Positions 7,949-16,881 of a stretch of DNA of 64,000 bases are shown here, in pieces. Numbering within the stretch: the first letter of the stretch is position 1; each line of letters begins with the position of its first letter. A program made the position numbers and the translations under genes. Where the stretch lies: assembly GCA_021796115.1 (NCBI GenBank), contig JAJYOP010000002.1:6842-70841 (forward strand), given 5' to 3'. Below the pieces are notes generated by a model, which searched no databases, was not told the origin of the DNA, and was given only the letters and a program-made list of their open reading frames with translations. The stretch comes from a bacterium. GTDB lineage: Bacteria; Omnitrophota; Gorgyraeia; Duberdicusellales; 4484-171.

Positions 7949-9247
7949 TTACGGTTGGCTCAAAACTCGCTGTTTTACCTCGTCTATTTCTTTCGCAACC
8001 TCTTCAGGGGTTTTTATGCCCATAACAATCTGCTGCAAACCTTGATCCATAACTTCAATTACGCGCGAATCTTCGTTGTACGGCCACGTATTTGGATGGG
8101 TAAGCATCTTAAAACTGCCGGTAAGCGTTTTAAGTATCGGAGGAAAAGCGTTTTCGCATCCCTTTATGGATGGAAGATTGTTCGTTTGTTTTACTAAAAA
8201 TTCCTGTTGTTCTTTTCGGGTTAACCATTCTAAAAATTTTACCGCCTCTTCTTTATTCGGAGAATGGGCATTGACCATAAATGATGAACCTGCTCCTCCC
8301 CACACTTTTACAGGAAATTTATCCGAAACTTTTGGCAATGGGAAAAAACCATAATCCATATTTGCGCCAAGTTGTTTATAGACATTAACCGCCCATGTGC
8401 CATTAAAGGAAAAGGCGGCATCGTTTTTCGAAAAAGCATCTTCTGATTCTTTATTTATCATGGTTGTTATGTTAGGGGCAAGAATTCCTGCATCCCGGAT
8501 CTCGGCAAATAATGAAAAAACTTCTATCCAGTCTTTATCTGTGTAATGCACCTCTCCTTTTAATGTTTTAAAGAACTTTTCCTCGCCCATCAAATTTATT
8601 GCCCATTCAGAAGCTAGACAGTCAAGCAGCCAACCTTCTCCCCAGCCACAAACAAATCCATTTACACCTTTTTTCACTTTTACTTTTCTTGCCTCCTGGA
8701 TAAATTCATCAAAGGTTTTTGGCGGATTGTCAGGATCGATGCCTGCCGCCCGAAGGACAGCTTTATTATAAACAAACTGCATGATAGTCGTATCTATGGG
8801 CACGCCATAGATACCTTCAGGGATTTTAAAAATATTATCGGGTGTAAAACTTACTACAGCTATAGTTTCAGGGTAGAATCGCTTTCCCCATAGCGAATTA
8901 TCTTTTTTCATATAGGGAGAAAGATCTAAAATGTGCCCGGCTTTGATAAAAGAGGCCAGAGTCCTTTTCTCGCCTAAAATTCCAAAAATATCCGGAAGAT
9001 TTTCGGCTCTGGCGGCAGCGATAACTTTTTGTGAATAAATATCTGGCGGTGAAAACAGCTTGAACTCAACCTCGATGCCAGTTTTGTCTTTGTATTGCTT
9101 TGCCAGGTCATTAAAGGCATCTTTTCGGTCATTCATCCAATGCCAGATAACAATTTTATTCGCTTTAGGTTTTTGCGGTGCGCAGGCAGAAATTAATATG
9201 ATAAGTAAAAACGCAAGACACTTTGGCAGACTTTTGAATTTAACCAT
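7949..9247 (-). CDS. ABC transporter extracellular sugar-binding lipoprotein (family 1 SBP)
   Basis: MVKFKSLPKCLAFLLIILISAC lipobox. The length and pattern are typical of sugar SBPs. SD AAGGAGGGGG precedes ATG 9247, so the longer ORF to 9322 is unlikely. Confidence 0.8.
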   Translation of the reverse strand: MVKFKSLPKCLAFLLIILISACAPQKPKANKIVIWHWMNDRKDAFNDLAKQYKDKTGIEVEFKLFSPPDIYSQKVIAAARAENLPDIFGILGEKRTLASFIKAGHILDLSPYMKKDNSLWGKRFYPETIAVVSFTPDNIFKIPEGIYGVPIDTTIMQFVYNKAVLRAAGIDPDNPPKTFDEFIQEARKVKVKKGVNGFVCGWGEGWLLDCLASEWAINLMGEEKFFKTLKGEVHYTDKDWIEVFSLFAEIRDAGILAPNITTMINKESEDAFSKNDAAFSFNGTWAVNVYKQLGANMDYGFFPLPKVSDKFPVKVWGGAGSSFMVNAHSPNKEEAVKFLEWLTRKEQQEFLVKQTNNLPSIKGCENAFPPILKTLTGSFKMLTHPNTWPYNEDSRVIEVMDQGLQQIVMGIKTPEEVAKEIDEVKQRVLSQP

Positions 9248-9386
9248 TATCCCCCTCCTTAAAATATATAAATAGTCCACAGAAAAGATGTATACTTTAT
9301 CATATTTTTTGTTTGTGCGCAAATAATTTATTGCGGCTTTGCAAGGCGGTTTTTGCCAGCACGAATTATGAATTTAACCTACTAAG

Positions 9387-9465
9387 GTTACACAGGTCAC
9401 GTTAAATGCAACCTTCGTAACTTTCATAATATCCGTAACTTTCGGAACCCGGGATTTATCCGTGC
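9387..9465. repeat. 9-nt-periodic GTTAC/GTAAC pentamer array
   Basis: GTTAC at 9387 and GTCAC at 9396. Then GCAAC 9408, GTAAC 9417, ATAAT 9426, GTAAC 9435, GGAAC 9444 and GATTT 9453, each on a 9-nt step. Contains ATTTATCCGTG at 9454-9464. Confidence 0.85.
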
Positions 9466-10326
9466 TTAATCAAAAATTACCGTTTTGTTGTTGTAAACCA
9501 AAATTTTTCTATCCAAATGTAACCTCACAGCTCTGCCAAGAACTATCTTCTCTAGGTCGCAGCCTTTCATCTTTAGGTCGTCAAGGGAATCTCTGTGACT
9601 TATCCTTGCCGTATCCTGTTCGATAATTGGGCCAGCGTCGAGCTCTTGGGTAACATAGTGGCTGGTTGCCCCGATTATTTTTACCCCCCTTCTGTAAGCC
9701 TGGCCATAAGGATTCTCGCCGACGAATGCCGGCAAAAATGAATGATGAATATTAATTATCCGGTTTGTAAACAAATTGACAAAATTTTTTGAAAGAATTT
9801 GCTGATAACGCGCTAAAATTATCAAATCGATTTTTTCTTTCTTTAGAAGCTCGATGATTTTCTTTTCTGTCTCCTGCTTATTCCCCTTTTTTACTTTAAA
9901 TTGGCAAAATTTTATCTTGAAGTTGTCAGCAATCTTTTTAGCGTCAGAATGGTTGCTTATTATTAAAGGAAAGTTACACCGCAGTTGCCCCTCTTCGCGC
10001 CTTAACAGCAAATCATACAAGCAGTGCGTATGCTGCGATACAAAAATTGCCGCGCGCTGTATCTCGCTGCTAAAGCTTAGCTGGTATTTCATTTTAAATT
10101 TTATAGCTAATTTCGAAAACTCGGAAGTAATTTCCTCTTTAGGTATGCGGAAACCTTTTAGAGACCATTCTATCCGCATGAAAAATGTATTGGTTTGATT
10201 GTCGATATGCTGGTCGGCGTGTTCGATATTCCCGTTATTTTGATAGATAAAGTTAGAAATTTTGGCGGTGATACCTTTCTGGTCCGGGCAAGATATTAAG
10301 AGTATCGCAGTTTGCATATCCATCAA
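9466..10326 (-). CDS. purU: Formyltetrahydrofolate deformylase
   Basis: N-terminal ACT-like domain plus a formyltransferase core (IINIHHSFLPAF, GATSHYVTQELDAGPII). Confidence 0.9.
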   Translation of the reverse strand: MMDMQTAILLISCPDQKGITAKISNFIYQNNGNIEHADQHIDNQTNTFFMRIEWSLKGFRIPKEEITSEFSKLAIKFKMKYQLSFSSEIQRAAIFVSQHTHCLYDLLLRREEGQLRCNFPLIISNHSDAKKIADNFKIKFCQFKVKKGNKQETEKKIIELLKKEKIDLIILARYQQILSKNFVNLFTNRIINIHHSFLPAFVGENPYGQAYRRGVKIIGATSHYVTQELDAGPIIEQDTARISHRDSLDDLKMKGCDLEKIVLGRAVRLHLDRKILVYNNKTVIFD

Positions 10327-10364
10327 TTATATAATATTTTTGCGCGAAATCAACACTTTATTCT

Positions 10365-10393
10365 TTGCAAAACAACAATAAGTATGGTAAACT
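10365..10393 (+). promoter_or_regulatory. Sigma70-type promoter TTGCAA-17-TAAACT upstream of the tandem ftsH
   Basis: TTGCAA at 10365-10370 and TAAACT at 10388-10393. The leader contains the inverted repeat GGTAAACT...AGTTTACC. Confidence 0.4.
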
Positions 10394-10447
10394 TTAAAGG
10401 GTCGCAAATTTTACCTAGTTTACCCTAAAAAAAGGAAATCCACGCTT

Positions 10448-13400
10448 ATGGGTTCAAAAAGATTCCAGATATTTTGGCGGTTATATTGGGTTAGAATCCT
10501 TATCATTACCATTTCAATAATTCTTTTTATATCCTTAATATTCTTAGTCATTGCCAGCATTAATTCTTATGTGCACATGGAATCTTTCTATAAGGAACAA
10601 ATGAAAGCCAGCATGGGCGTTCAGTTGTATTTGTATATTGTTGGAGGCATAATCACTGGAATAGTTTATGTTTATTTATTTGTGACAATGATGTATCGCG
10701 GAGGCGATGTAGGCGAGTTTAGCAAGATGCAGACAAAAGCAATTAAAGGCCAAGATATCGGCATAGCCTGGAGAGATGTAATTGGCATGAAAGAGGCAAA
10801 ACGCGAAGCTTGGGAAGTTGTAGAATTGATTCGGGAAAGAGCGCGCCTGGAAAAGATGCGTGGGCAGGTTATAAAAGGTGTGGTATTCATTGGCGCTCCT
10901 GGTGTAGGTAAGACATACCTTGCGAAAGCAATTGCTACCGAATGCGGAATGCCTTTTCTCTCCGTTCTCGGGAGCGAACTTGAAGGCGTATTTGTCGGAT
11001 TAGGAGCGCAAAAAATACGTAAATTATTCAAAAACGCGCGGAATCTAGCCGAGCTTAACGGCGGATGCATTATTTTTATTGACGAGATTGATTCAGTGGC
11101 CAGACCTCGCCGGGCTGGCGTTGGGTTGGGTGGCGCGGAAAGTTACAATATGGCAGTAAACCAGTTGCTTGCGGAAATCGATGGTTTGAGACAAAAAGAA
11201 TACAACATTGTTGTAATTGCTGCAACAAACGTTGCTGAGGAAGAGTTGGATCCAGCATTGATGCGCGCCGGAAGATTTGACCGTAAAATCTATATTGGCT
11301 TGCCGAGCCTTGATGACCGGCAGGATTTATTTAATTTCTATCTTAACAAAGTGCAATATGACCGGCAAAGTGTGAGAGTCGATCGCCTGGCGCGTCTCAC
11401 CGTTGGCAATACCCCGGCTGATGTTGCCAATATAGTAAAAGAAGGTTCGCTTATCGCGGCGCGTAAGAAGAAATACGTAATTGCTATGTCTGACCTTGAA
11501 GAAGCACGGGAAAGAATTGCTTTGGGCATAAAGCTTAATGTTAAAATGAGTGAAAAGGACAAAAAGATTGCCGCATACCATGAAGCCGGCCACGTTCTTG
11601 TTACCTATCTTTTAGTGCCGACGAAGGATGTATTTAAGGCAACTATCATTCCGCGCAAAGGTTTAGGCGGTGCAAGCTGGGTGGTAAAAAAAGAAGAGGC
11701 TTTTATCCCTGATAAAGAAGACCTTTTGGGAGAAATAAAAATACTTTTAAGCGGTTATTGCGCGGAAAAAGTAAAATTCGGCATTACCTCCTCCGGCGTC
11801 AGCGATGATTTGAAACGGGCAAATGAGCTCGCCGAAAAAATGGTTACCTTATGGGGCATGGGCACCTCTGGCGCAACTTCTGTGACGAATAATCCATTTA
11901 GCCAGCACGATATTGCCGAGAGAGATAAAGATAGCATAATTACCAATTGTCTTAATGAAGTAAATGAGGTAATGAGGAAAGAGCTGCCGATTTTCGAAAA
12001 GCTGGCCACGGAACTTTTAGCCAAGGAAGAGCTGGATTATGATAGTATCGAAGAAATATTTAAAAGTTTCGGAAAGACCCGTTTGACAGGAGTAAAAATA
12101 GAAAAAAAGGAAAAAGAAATCGGATGGGATGATGTTATTGGAATGGAAGAAACGAAAGAAGAAGCTAAAGAAATTGTCAGCCTGATAAAAGATAGAACGC
12201 ATGTGCAACAAGTTGGCGGAAGGATTATCCGCGGGCTGCTTATGTTTGGCCCTCCGGGTTGCGGCAAAACCTATCTTGCCAGCGCTATGGCAAATGAAGC
12301 CGGCGTGCCGTTTTTAAGCCGTGTTGGCTCAGAATTTGTCGAAATGTATGTTGGGGTAGGCGCAAGCCGCATCCGGCATCTTTTCCAGGAAGCCAAGGAG
12401 TTGGCTCTCTCTAAAGGCGGTTGCGTCATTTTTATCGATGAAATTGACGCTTTAGGCGGTAAACGCGGCGACGCCACAAGCGGCGGAGACCGGGAATATA
12501 ACCAGACACTCAATCAGTTGCTTGCCGAAATGGACAGTTTTAAAGAAAAAGAAGAACAATACAATATCGTCATTATCGGCGCAACTAACATGAAAGAAGA
12601 ATTTATGGATCCTGCCCTGCTTCGTCCGGGCCGGTTTGATAGAAAAATATACGTTGATTTACCGACTTTTGAAGACCGCAAAAAGCTTTTTACTTATTAT
12701 TTAGATAAAGTTAAATATAATTCTGCAGATATCGATCCGCAAAAATTTGCCGGCATAACCCATGGCTGGTCTCCTGCTGATATTGCCAATCTAACCAGGG
12801 AAGCAGCGCTTATCACTGTAAGAAACAAAAAGGACACAATTGGCATTAGAGAAATGGATGAAGCAAGGGAAAGAATTAAAATGGGCCTTAAGCGAAAATT
12901 AACCCAGTCAAAAGATGTACTCAAAGCAACTGCTTACCATGAAGCCGGCCACTGCGTATTGCAATATTATAGTAAGATGTCCTTTCCGTTTAAGGTTTCG
13001 ATTGCTCCACGCACGCGCACTTTGGGATTGGCCTGGGGTGCATTTGAAGGCGATACTCCAAGCGGCGACAAGGAAGAACTTTTGGGCCATATTCGCGTAT
13101 CCTTGGGCGGCTACGTAGCCGAAAAGCTAAAATTAGGGACATCTACCGAGGGTGTAACCCAGGACTTTAAAAATGCCTTAAGAACAGCTCATTTTATGGT
13201 TTGGGCGGTAGGCATGGGTAAATCCGGGCTCATTGGAAACTTTGAGGAAGCACTCTATTTTACCAATCGGCAGCAACAACCGTTTTTATCGGAAGAAATG
13301 AAGGCAAGGTTAGATAATGAAACGCAGGAAATCTTACAACAATGCCTTAAAGAAGCCGAAGTAATTTTAGAACGTGAATCAGAAGTGCTTGAGCGTATCG

Positions 13401-13513
13401 CAGAAGCACTTATTGCGAAGGAAGATTTGATTTATCCGGAAATAAAGGAACTTTTTGACAAGTATACAAAAGAAAAACCTGCACACCGCTCCATAGACAC
13501 AAAAGAAGTTTAA
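10448..13513 (+). CDS. ftsH: Tandem-module FtsH-like ATP-dependent zinc metalloprotease (TM-TM-AAA-M41-AAA-M41)
   Basis: Two TM helices. Walker A appears twice (GAPGVGKT, GPPGCGKT), Walker B twice (FIDEID), SRH twice (DPAL..GRFDR) and HEAGH twice. Confidence 0.85.
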   Translation: MGSKRFQIFWRLYWVRILIITISIILFISLIFLVIASINSYVHMESFYKEQMKASMGVQLYLYIVGGIITGIVYVYLFVTMMYRGGDVGEFSKMQTKAIKGQDIGIAWRDVIGMKEAKREAWEVVELIRERARLEKMRGQVIKGVVFIGAPGVGKTYLAKAIATECGMPFLSVLGSELEGVFVGLGAQKIRKLFKNARNLAELNGGCIIFIDEIDSVARPRRAGVGLGGAESYNMAVNQLLAEIDGLRQKEYNIVVIAATNVAEEELDPALMRAGRFDRKIYIGLPSLDDRQDLFNFYLNKVQYDRQSVRVDRLARLTVGNTPADVANIVKEGSLIAARKKKYVIAMSDLEEARERIALGIKLNVKMSEKDKKIAAYHEAGHVLVTYLLVPTKDVFKATIIPRKGLGGASWVVKKEEAFIPDKEDLLGEIKILLSGYCAEKVKFGITSSGVSDDLKRANELAEKMVTLWGMGTSGATSVTNNPFSQHDIAERDKDSIITNCLNEVNEVMRKELPIFEKLATELLAKEELDYDSIEEIFKSFGKTRLTGVKIEKKEKEIGWDDVIGMEETKEEAKEIVSLIKDRTHVQQVGGRIIRGLLMFGPPGCGKTYLASAMANEAGVPFLSRVGSEFVEMYVGVGASRIRHLFQEAKELALSKGGCVIFIDEIDALGGKRGDATSGGDREYNQTLNQLLAEMDSFKEKEEQYNIVIIGATNMKEEFMDPALLRPGRFDRKIYVDLPTFEDRKKLFTYYLDKVKYNSADIDPQKFAGITHGWSPADIANLTREAALITVRNKKDTIGIREMDEARERIKMGLKRKLTQSKDVLKATAYHEAGHCVLQYYSKMSFPFKVSIAPRTRTLGLAWGAFEGDTPSGDKEELLGHIRVSLGGYVAEKLKLGTSTEGVTQDFKNALRTAHFMVWAVGMGKSGLIGNFEEALYFTNRQQQPFLSEEMKARLDNETQEILQQCLKEAEVILERESEVLERIAEALIAKEDLIYPEIKELFDKYTKEKPAHRSIDTKEV

Positions 13514-13541
13514 AAACTATCCATTAACCTTACGATTATAA

Positions 13542-14375
13542 ATGTTATTCGAAAAAAAAGCCGCCAGAAATTTCCTTGTTAAACTAATCTGTTTTCTTCT
13601 GATTTTTGTGGTATCTTGCCAGCCAAGCAAGCCTACCTATTCCCGTAAAGATATCAAATCCGCCATAAAAAACCTCTGCAAGCACGAATTCAATATCGAT
13701 GTAAAAGTTTGGGAGGTTGGGGATACAATTTGGGTTTATTTACCATTTGTGAAAGTATTAAATAAAGAACGCACAAATTTTAGCGCGGAATTTTCTGAAA
13801 AAAGTAATAAGGTAATGGTTTCCTTGGTGCGAATAATCTTAAGTATGGACAAAAGGCCGCAATTTTATTGTTTTGTGGCTTCAGATATTGATACAGGTTT
13901 TGATTTCTATCGTGTCTGGTATGTTGAAGACCTGAAAATGCTTGCCGCAGATTTTATTTCGCGTGGCGAATTTTTTGAACGCCAGGGGATTCTCTCTCTT
14001 GAAGACGCTAAAGCAATCGGCGATACTCAAGGCGATCATATCGAAAGGCATAATATAACTTTGGGCGAATTTATATCGTATCTTATCGAGCAAGATATCG
14101 AAAGAACGTTTACCGCAGAGAAAATGAAAGAAAAGTTTAAAATAAACGAGCTTAATTCAAAATTTTCTCATGGCAAAATCGAAGTAAGTTTTAATATTGT
14201 AGCTAAAAGCCATGAACAAGGATTACCTTCTCCGTTTGATGTGGCGATTAAGAGCGTGAAGAAATTTCTTAAAATATATAATTATCCGTCGGAGATAACC
14301 GAAGTAACTGTAACCGATTCGGCCAGTAATAAATTGCGCTTTTATACAATAAAAGCCTTACGCGAAGAAAAGTGA
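13542..14375 (+). CDS. Hypothetical lipoprotein, probably co-transcribed with the tandem ftsH
   Basis: Signal plus lipobox (LLIFVVSC). Starts 28 nt after the ftsH stop. No recognisable catalytic motif. Confidence 0.5.
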   Translation: MLFEKKAARNFLVKLICFLLIFVVSCQPSKPTYSRKDIKSAIKNLCKHEFNIDVKVWEVGDTIWVYLPFVKVLNKERTNFSAEFSEKSNKVMVSLVRIILSMDKRPQFYCFVASDIDTGFDFYRVWYVEDLKMLAADFISRGEFFERQGILSLEDAKAIGDTQGDHIERHNITLGEFISYLIEQDIERTFTAEKMKEKFKINELNSKFSHGKIEVSFNIVAKSHEQGLPSPFDVAIKSVKKFLKIYNYPSEITEVTVTDSASNKLRFYTIKALREEK

Positions 14376-14383
14376 AGCTCAAC

Positions 14384-14483
14384 GAACCAATAGTCGTGGT
14401 TTCTGATTTTTCAAGGTTCCGCCGTGGAGCGGAATCCTGAGCAGAAAGCCATTAGGCCATATCCTTGCAGGCGCGGCTTTCTG
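14384..14483. terminator. Hairpin cluster between convergent genes (candidate bidirectional terminator region)
   Basis: Three hairpins: AACCA/TGGTT followed by TCTGATTTTT; TTCCGC-cgtgga-GCGGAA (14417-14434); CAGAAAGCC...GGCTTTCTG (14442-14483). Confidence 0.4.
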
Positions 14484-14498
14484 TCGAATGGATGATTT

Positions 14499-14945
14499 TT
14501 ATATATCTATCCCCTCTCCGTTATACGGAGGCCTTGGCTTTGATTTTTCTTCTATCGGCCTTCCTGTAGCTTCTATGGTAAGAGAGTTTGCGGTTAATTT
14601 CTTCCCCTTGTCTTCCACGCTAAAACCTTCAATAGTAAATACGCCTGGCTTTGGGCACATAAGATTTAAGATTAATTTCTCTTCAAAATGTATTCCACTC
14701 TCTTTTGCAGTATAACTTCGCTGTTCAGCCTTTGAAACAATTACAAAATTTTTGAATTCAGGAAGTTTTAATTTTGGAGCCATAAATTCACCGTTGGCTT
14801 TTGCGACATAAGTAAATATTTCGCCGGTAGTAACTTTGTTTTTGTTTACTGTCGCCGCTAATGTAGCGGTTTCTTCAGAGAAAACAGCGTTAAACGGTAT
14901 AATGCAACATAAGCAAAGAAGAATGGAACTAAATAATTTCAACAT
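14499..14945 (-). CDS. Small secreted protein, BatD-N-terminal-like
   Basis: Signal peptide MLKLFSSILLCLCCIIPFNAVFS. Beta-rich. Loose resemblance to BatD-type domains. Overlaps the purN 3' end by 17 nt. Confidence 0.35.
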   Translation of the reverse strand: MLKLFSSILLCLCCIIPFNAVFSEETATLAATVNKNKVTTGEIFTYVAKANGEFMAPKLKLPEFKNFVIVSKAEQRSYTAKESGIHFEEKLILNLMCPKPGVFTIEGFSVEDKGKKLTANSLTIEATGRPIEEKSKPRPPYNGEGIDI

Positions 14946-15528
14946 GTCTGCCCCTTATTTTTAATTTCTTTTCCGCATATAATTTAATCGCAAGCGGATA
15001 TAGTTTGTGTTCTACTCTATGGATTTTTTCCTCAAGTTCCGGCAAAGTTAATCCTTTCTGAATATTGATTGACTCTTGTAATACAATCGGTCCGTTGTCC
15101 ACCTTTTCATCTACGAAATGGACGGTTACCCCGGTAACTTTACTACCGTGGTTATACGCCATTTGAATTGCCGTATCTCCCTTAAACGCTGGCAGTAATG
15201 CCGGGTGGATGTTTAAAATTTTATTTTTGAAGGCTTTTACAAATTCGGAGCTGAGTATCCGCATAAATCCGGCCAGAACTATCAAATCAATTTTTTCCTT
15301 TTTTAAAAATTTTACCAGTTCTTTATCGAATTCAAGCCGCGAATCGAATTTACGCGGGTCAACAAAGATATCGCGAATTTTCAAGCGCGCTGCCCTTTTT
15401 CTTACGAAGGCCTTTTCTTTATCAGTGAGTACCAATTTTATATTCGCTTTAACGCGGCCTTTTTTTACAGCTTTTGCGATAGCCTCAAAATTTGTCCCAT
15501 TACCTGATGCTAATATTGCGATATTCAC
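14929..15528 (-). CDS. purN: Phosphoribosylglycinamide formyltransferase
   Basis: MNIAILASGNGTNFEAI, NIHPALLPAFKG, TGVTVHFVDEKVDNGPIV. GTG start at 15528. Confidence 0.9.
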   Translation of the reverse strand: MNIAILASGNGTNFEAIAKAVKKGRVKANIKLVLTDKEKAFVRKRAARLKIRDIFVDPRKFDSRLEFDKELVKFLKKEKIDLIVLAGFMRILSSEFVKAFKNKILNIHPALLPAFKGDTAIQMAYNHGSKVTGVTVHFVDEKVDNGPIVLQESINIQKGLTLPELEEKIHRVEHKLYPLAIKLYAEKKLKIRGRHVEII

Positions 15529-15606
15529 CCAGCCCTTCCTTTTTTAAAATTTATTGATACTTTTCATTGTCCCAACCCTTTTATGTTTTATTTTGGAAGG
15601 GCTGGG
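15528..15606 (-). promoter_or_regulatory. 12-bp helix pairing the last codons of the MFS gene with the purN SD and start
   Basis: CCCAGCCCTTCC (15528-15539) is the exact reverse complement of GGAAGGGCTGGG (15595-15606). The spacer is 55 nt. Confidence 0.5.
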
Positions 15607-16871
15607 TTCATCATTTGCCTATCCTCTTTATTTTCTTTCAGGAAAAAATACGAAGAAAACATGGTTATTATACTTATGGCAATAATTATTGTAAAGGGAG
15701 TAAATTTTTCTGCCAAATAGGAAGCGGTAAACATAAAAACAATGAATGTCAGATGTATGATTATTTCAAGCGAGCTAAAAATTCTGCCCCAGAATTTATT
15801 TTCACTCTCATTATGGATGAGTGTATTTATAGCAATCGCGATTGGCGAGGCAATTAATCCGATAATAAAACAAGAAAAAAACGCAAATAATTTATGGGGA
15901 TACATTTTAAGCAGCGTAACGAATGCGCATAAATATAGGGAAGAAAAAAATAATGAAACGCTGGTAACTTTTTTAATGGAAAATTTTGCTCCGATTCTGC
16001 CATAAAAAAGCGAACCAAAAAACAAACCAGCTCCGCAGCCGACAGCAAGCCATCCTAAATCGAAGGTTACGGTTTTTAGTGTTTTTTGTATGAAGACGAT
16101 AAAAATTGTATAAAGCGAACCGATGAGCGCAAACAAAAGGAATTGAACCTTTGCGGCATAGCGGGTTTCTTTTGAGCTCAAAATATATTTCAAGCCTTCT
16201 TTTGTTTCATATAGGAAAGAATTTTTAGCTTTTATAATCGCGTCTTTACCAAGGTTGATAATATCTTTTGGGTTAAATTTTGCGCGTTTGTCAATCCGCA
16301 CTAGGCTTATCGCCAGGCAGGAAATTAAAAACGTAAGCGAATCGATAAAAAAGGCCCACTCTACGCCCCACTTTTGTACCATCATACCCCCGAAACCAAA
16401 ACCTAAAACCGCAGCTATGGTTGCGGTAATGGAAATCAATGAATTGGCAATGAAAAAATTTTTCTTTTCAACTAAAGAAGGTATCAAGGCCATTTTGGCG
16501 GGAATAAAAAATCTGCCGACGCAAAAAGATAAAAATATCAATACATAAGCAACCGGCATCGAACGAAAACGCACGGCAGCAAAGGGAACGAGAAATATAA
16601 AAATGCCTCGCAGGAGGTCGCTTATATACATAGTTTGACGCTTATCCCAGCGGTCGACATAAACTCCGGATATGGGCGAAATAAGAAATACGGGTATTAT
16701 CGCAAGGCTGAACATTTTAGCCAAGCCAAGCGAAGAGCCTGGCGCAACTTTATAAACTAAACCGATAAGCGCCATTTGCGTGAGCCTGTCGCCGAATTGA
16801 GACACAATCTGGCTCATCCAGACAAGGAAAAAGTTACGGTTGCGTAATACTTTGAAATAATTTGTTTCCAT
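15588..16871 (-). CDS. MFS transporter
   Basis: About 12 TM segments. N-terminus METNYFKVLRNRNFFLVWMSQIVSQFGDRL is typical of MFS exporters. Start moved to ATG 16871 because the longer ORF reads through the ACGGAT repeat. Confidence 0.8.
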   Translation of the reverse strand: METNYFKVLRNRNFFLVWMSQIVSQFGDRLTQMALIGLVYKVAPGSSLGLAKMFSLAIIPVFLISPISGVYVDRWDKRQTMYISDLLRGIFIFLVPFAAVRFRSMPVAYVLIFLSFCVGRFFIPAKMALIPSLVEKKNFFIANSLISITATIAAVLGFGFGGMMVQKWGVEWAFFIDSLTFLISCLAISLVRIDKRAKFNPKDIINLGKDAIIKAKNSFLYETKEGLKYILSSKETRYAAKVQFLLFALIGSLYTIFIVFIQKTLKTVTFDLGWLAVGCGAGLFFGSLFYGRIGAKFSIKKVTSVSLFFSSLYLCAFVTLLKMYPHKLFAFFSCFIIGLIASPIAIAINTLIHNESENKFWGRIFSSLEIIIHLTFIVFMFTASYLAEKFTPFTIIIAISIITMFSSYFFLKENKEDRQMMNPALPK

Positions 16872-16881
16872 GATGTTGTAA

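Noticed and set aside
9454-9464. TTATCCGTG resembles the DnaA box TTATCCACA, suggesting a possible oriC
   Set aside because: The last three positions differ. Copies are single and lie 7-24 kb apart instead of clustered. No dnaA/dnaN, AT-rich unwinding element or strand switch is nearby.
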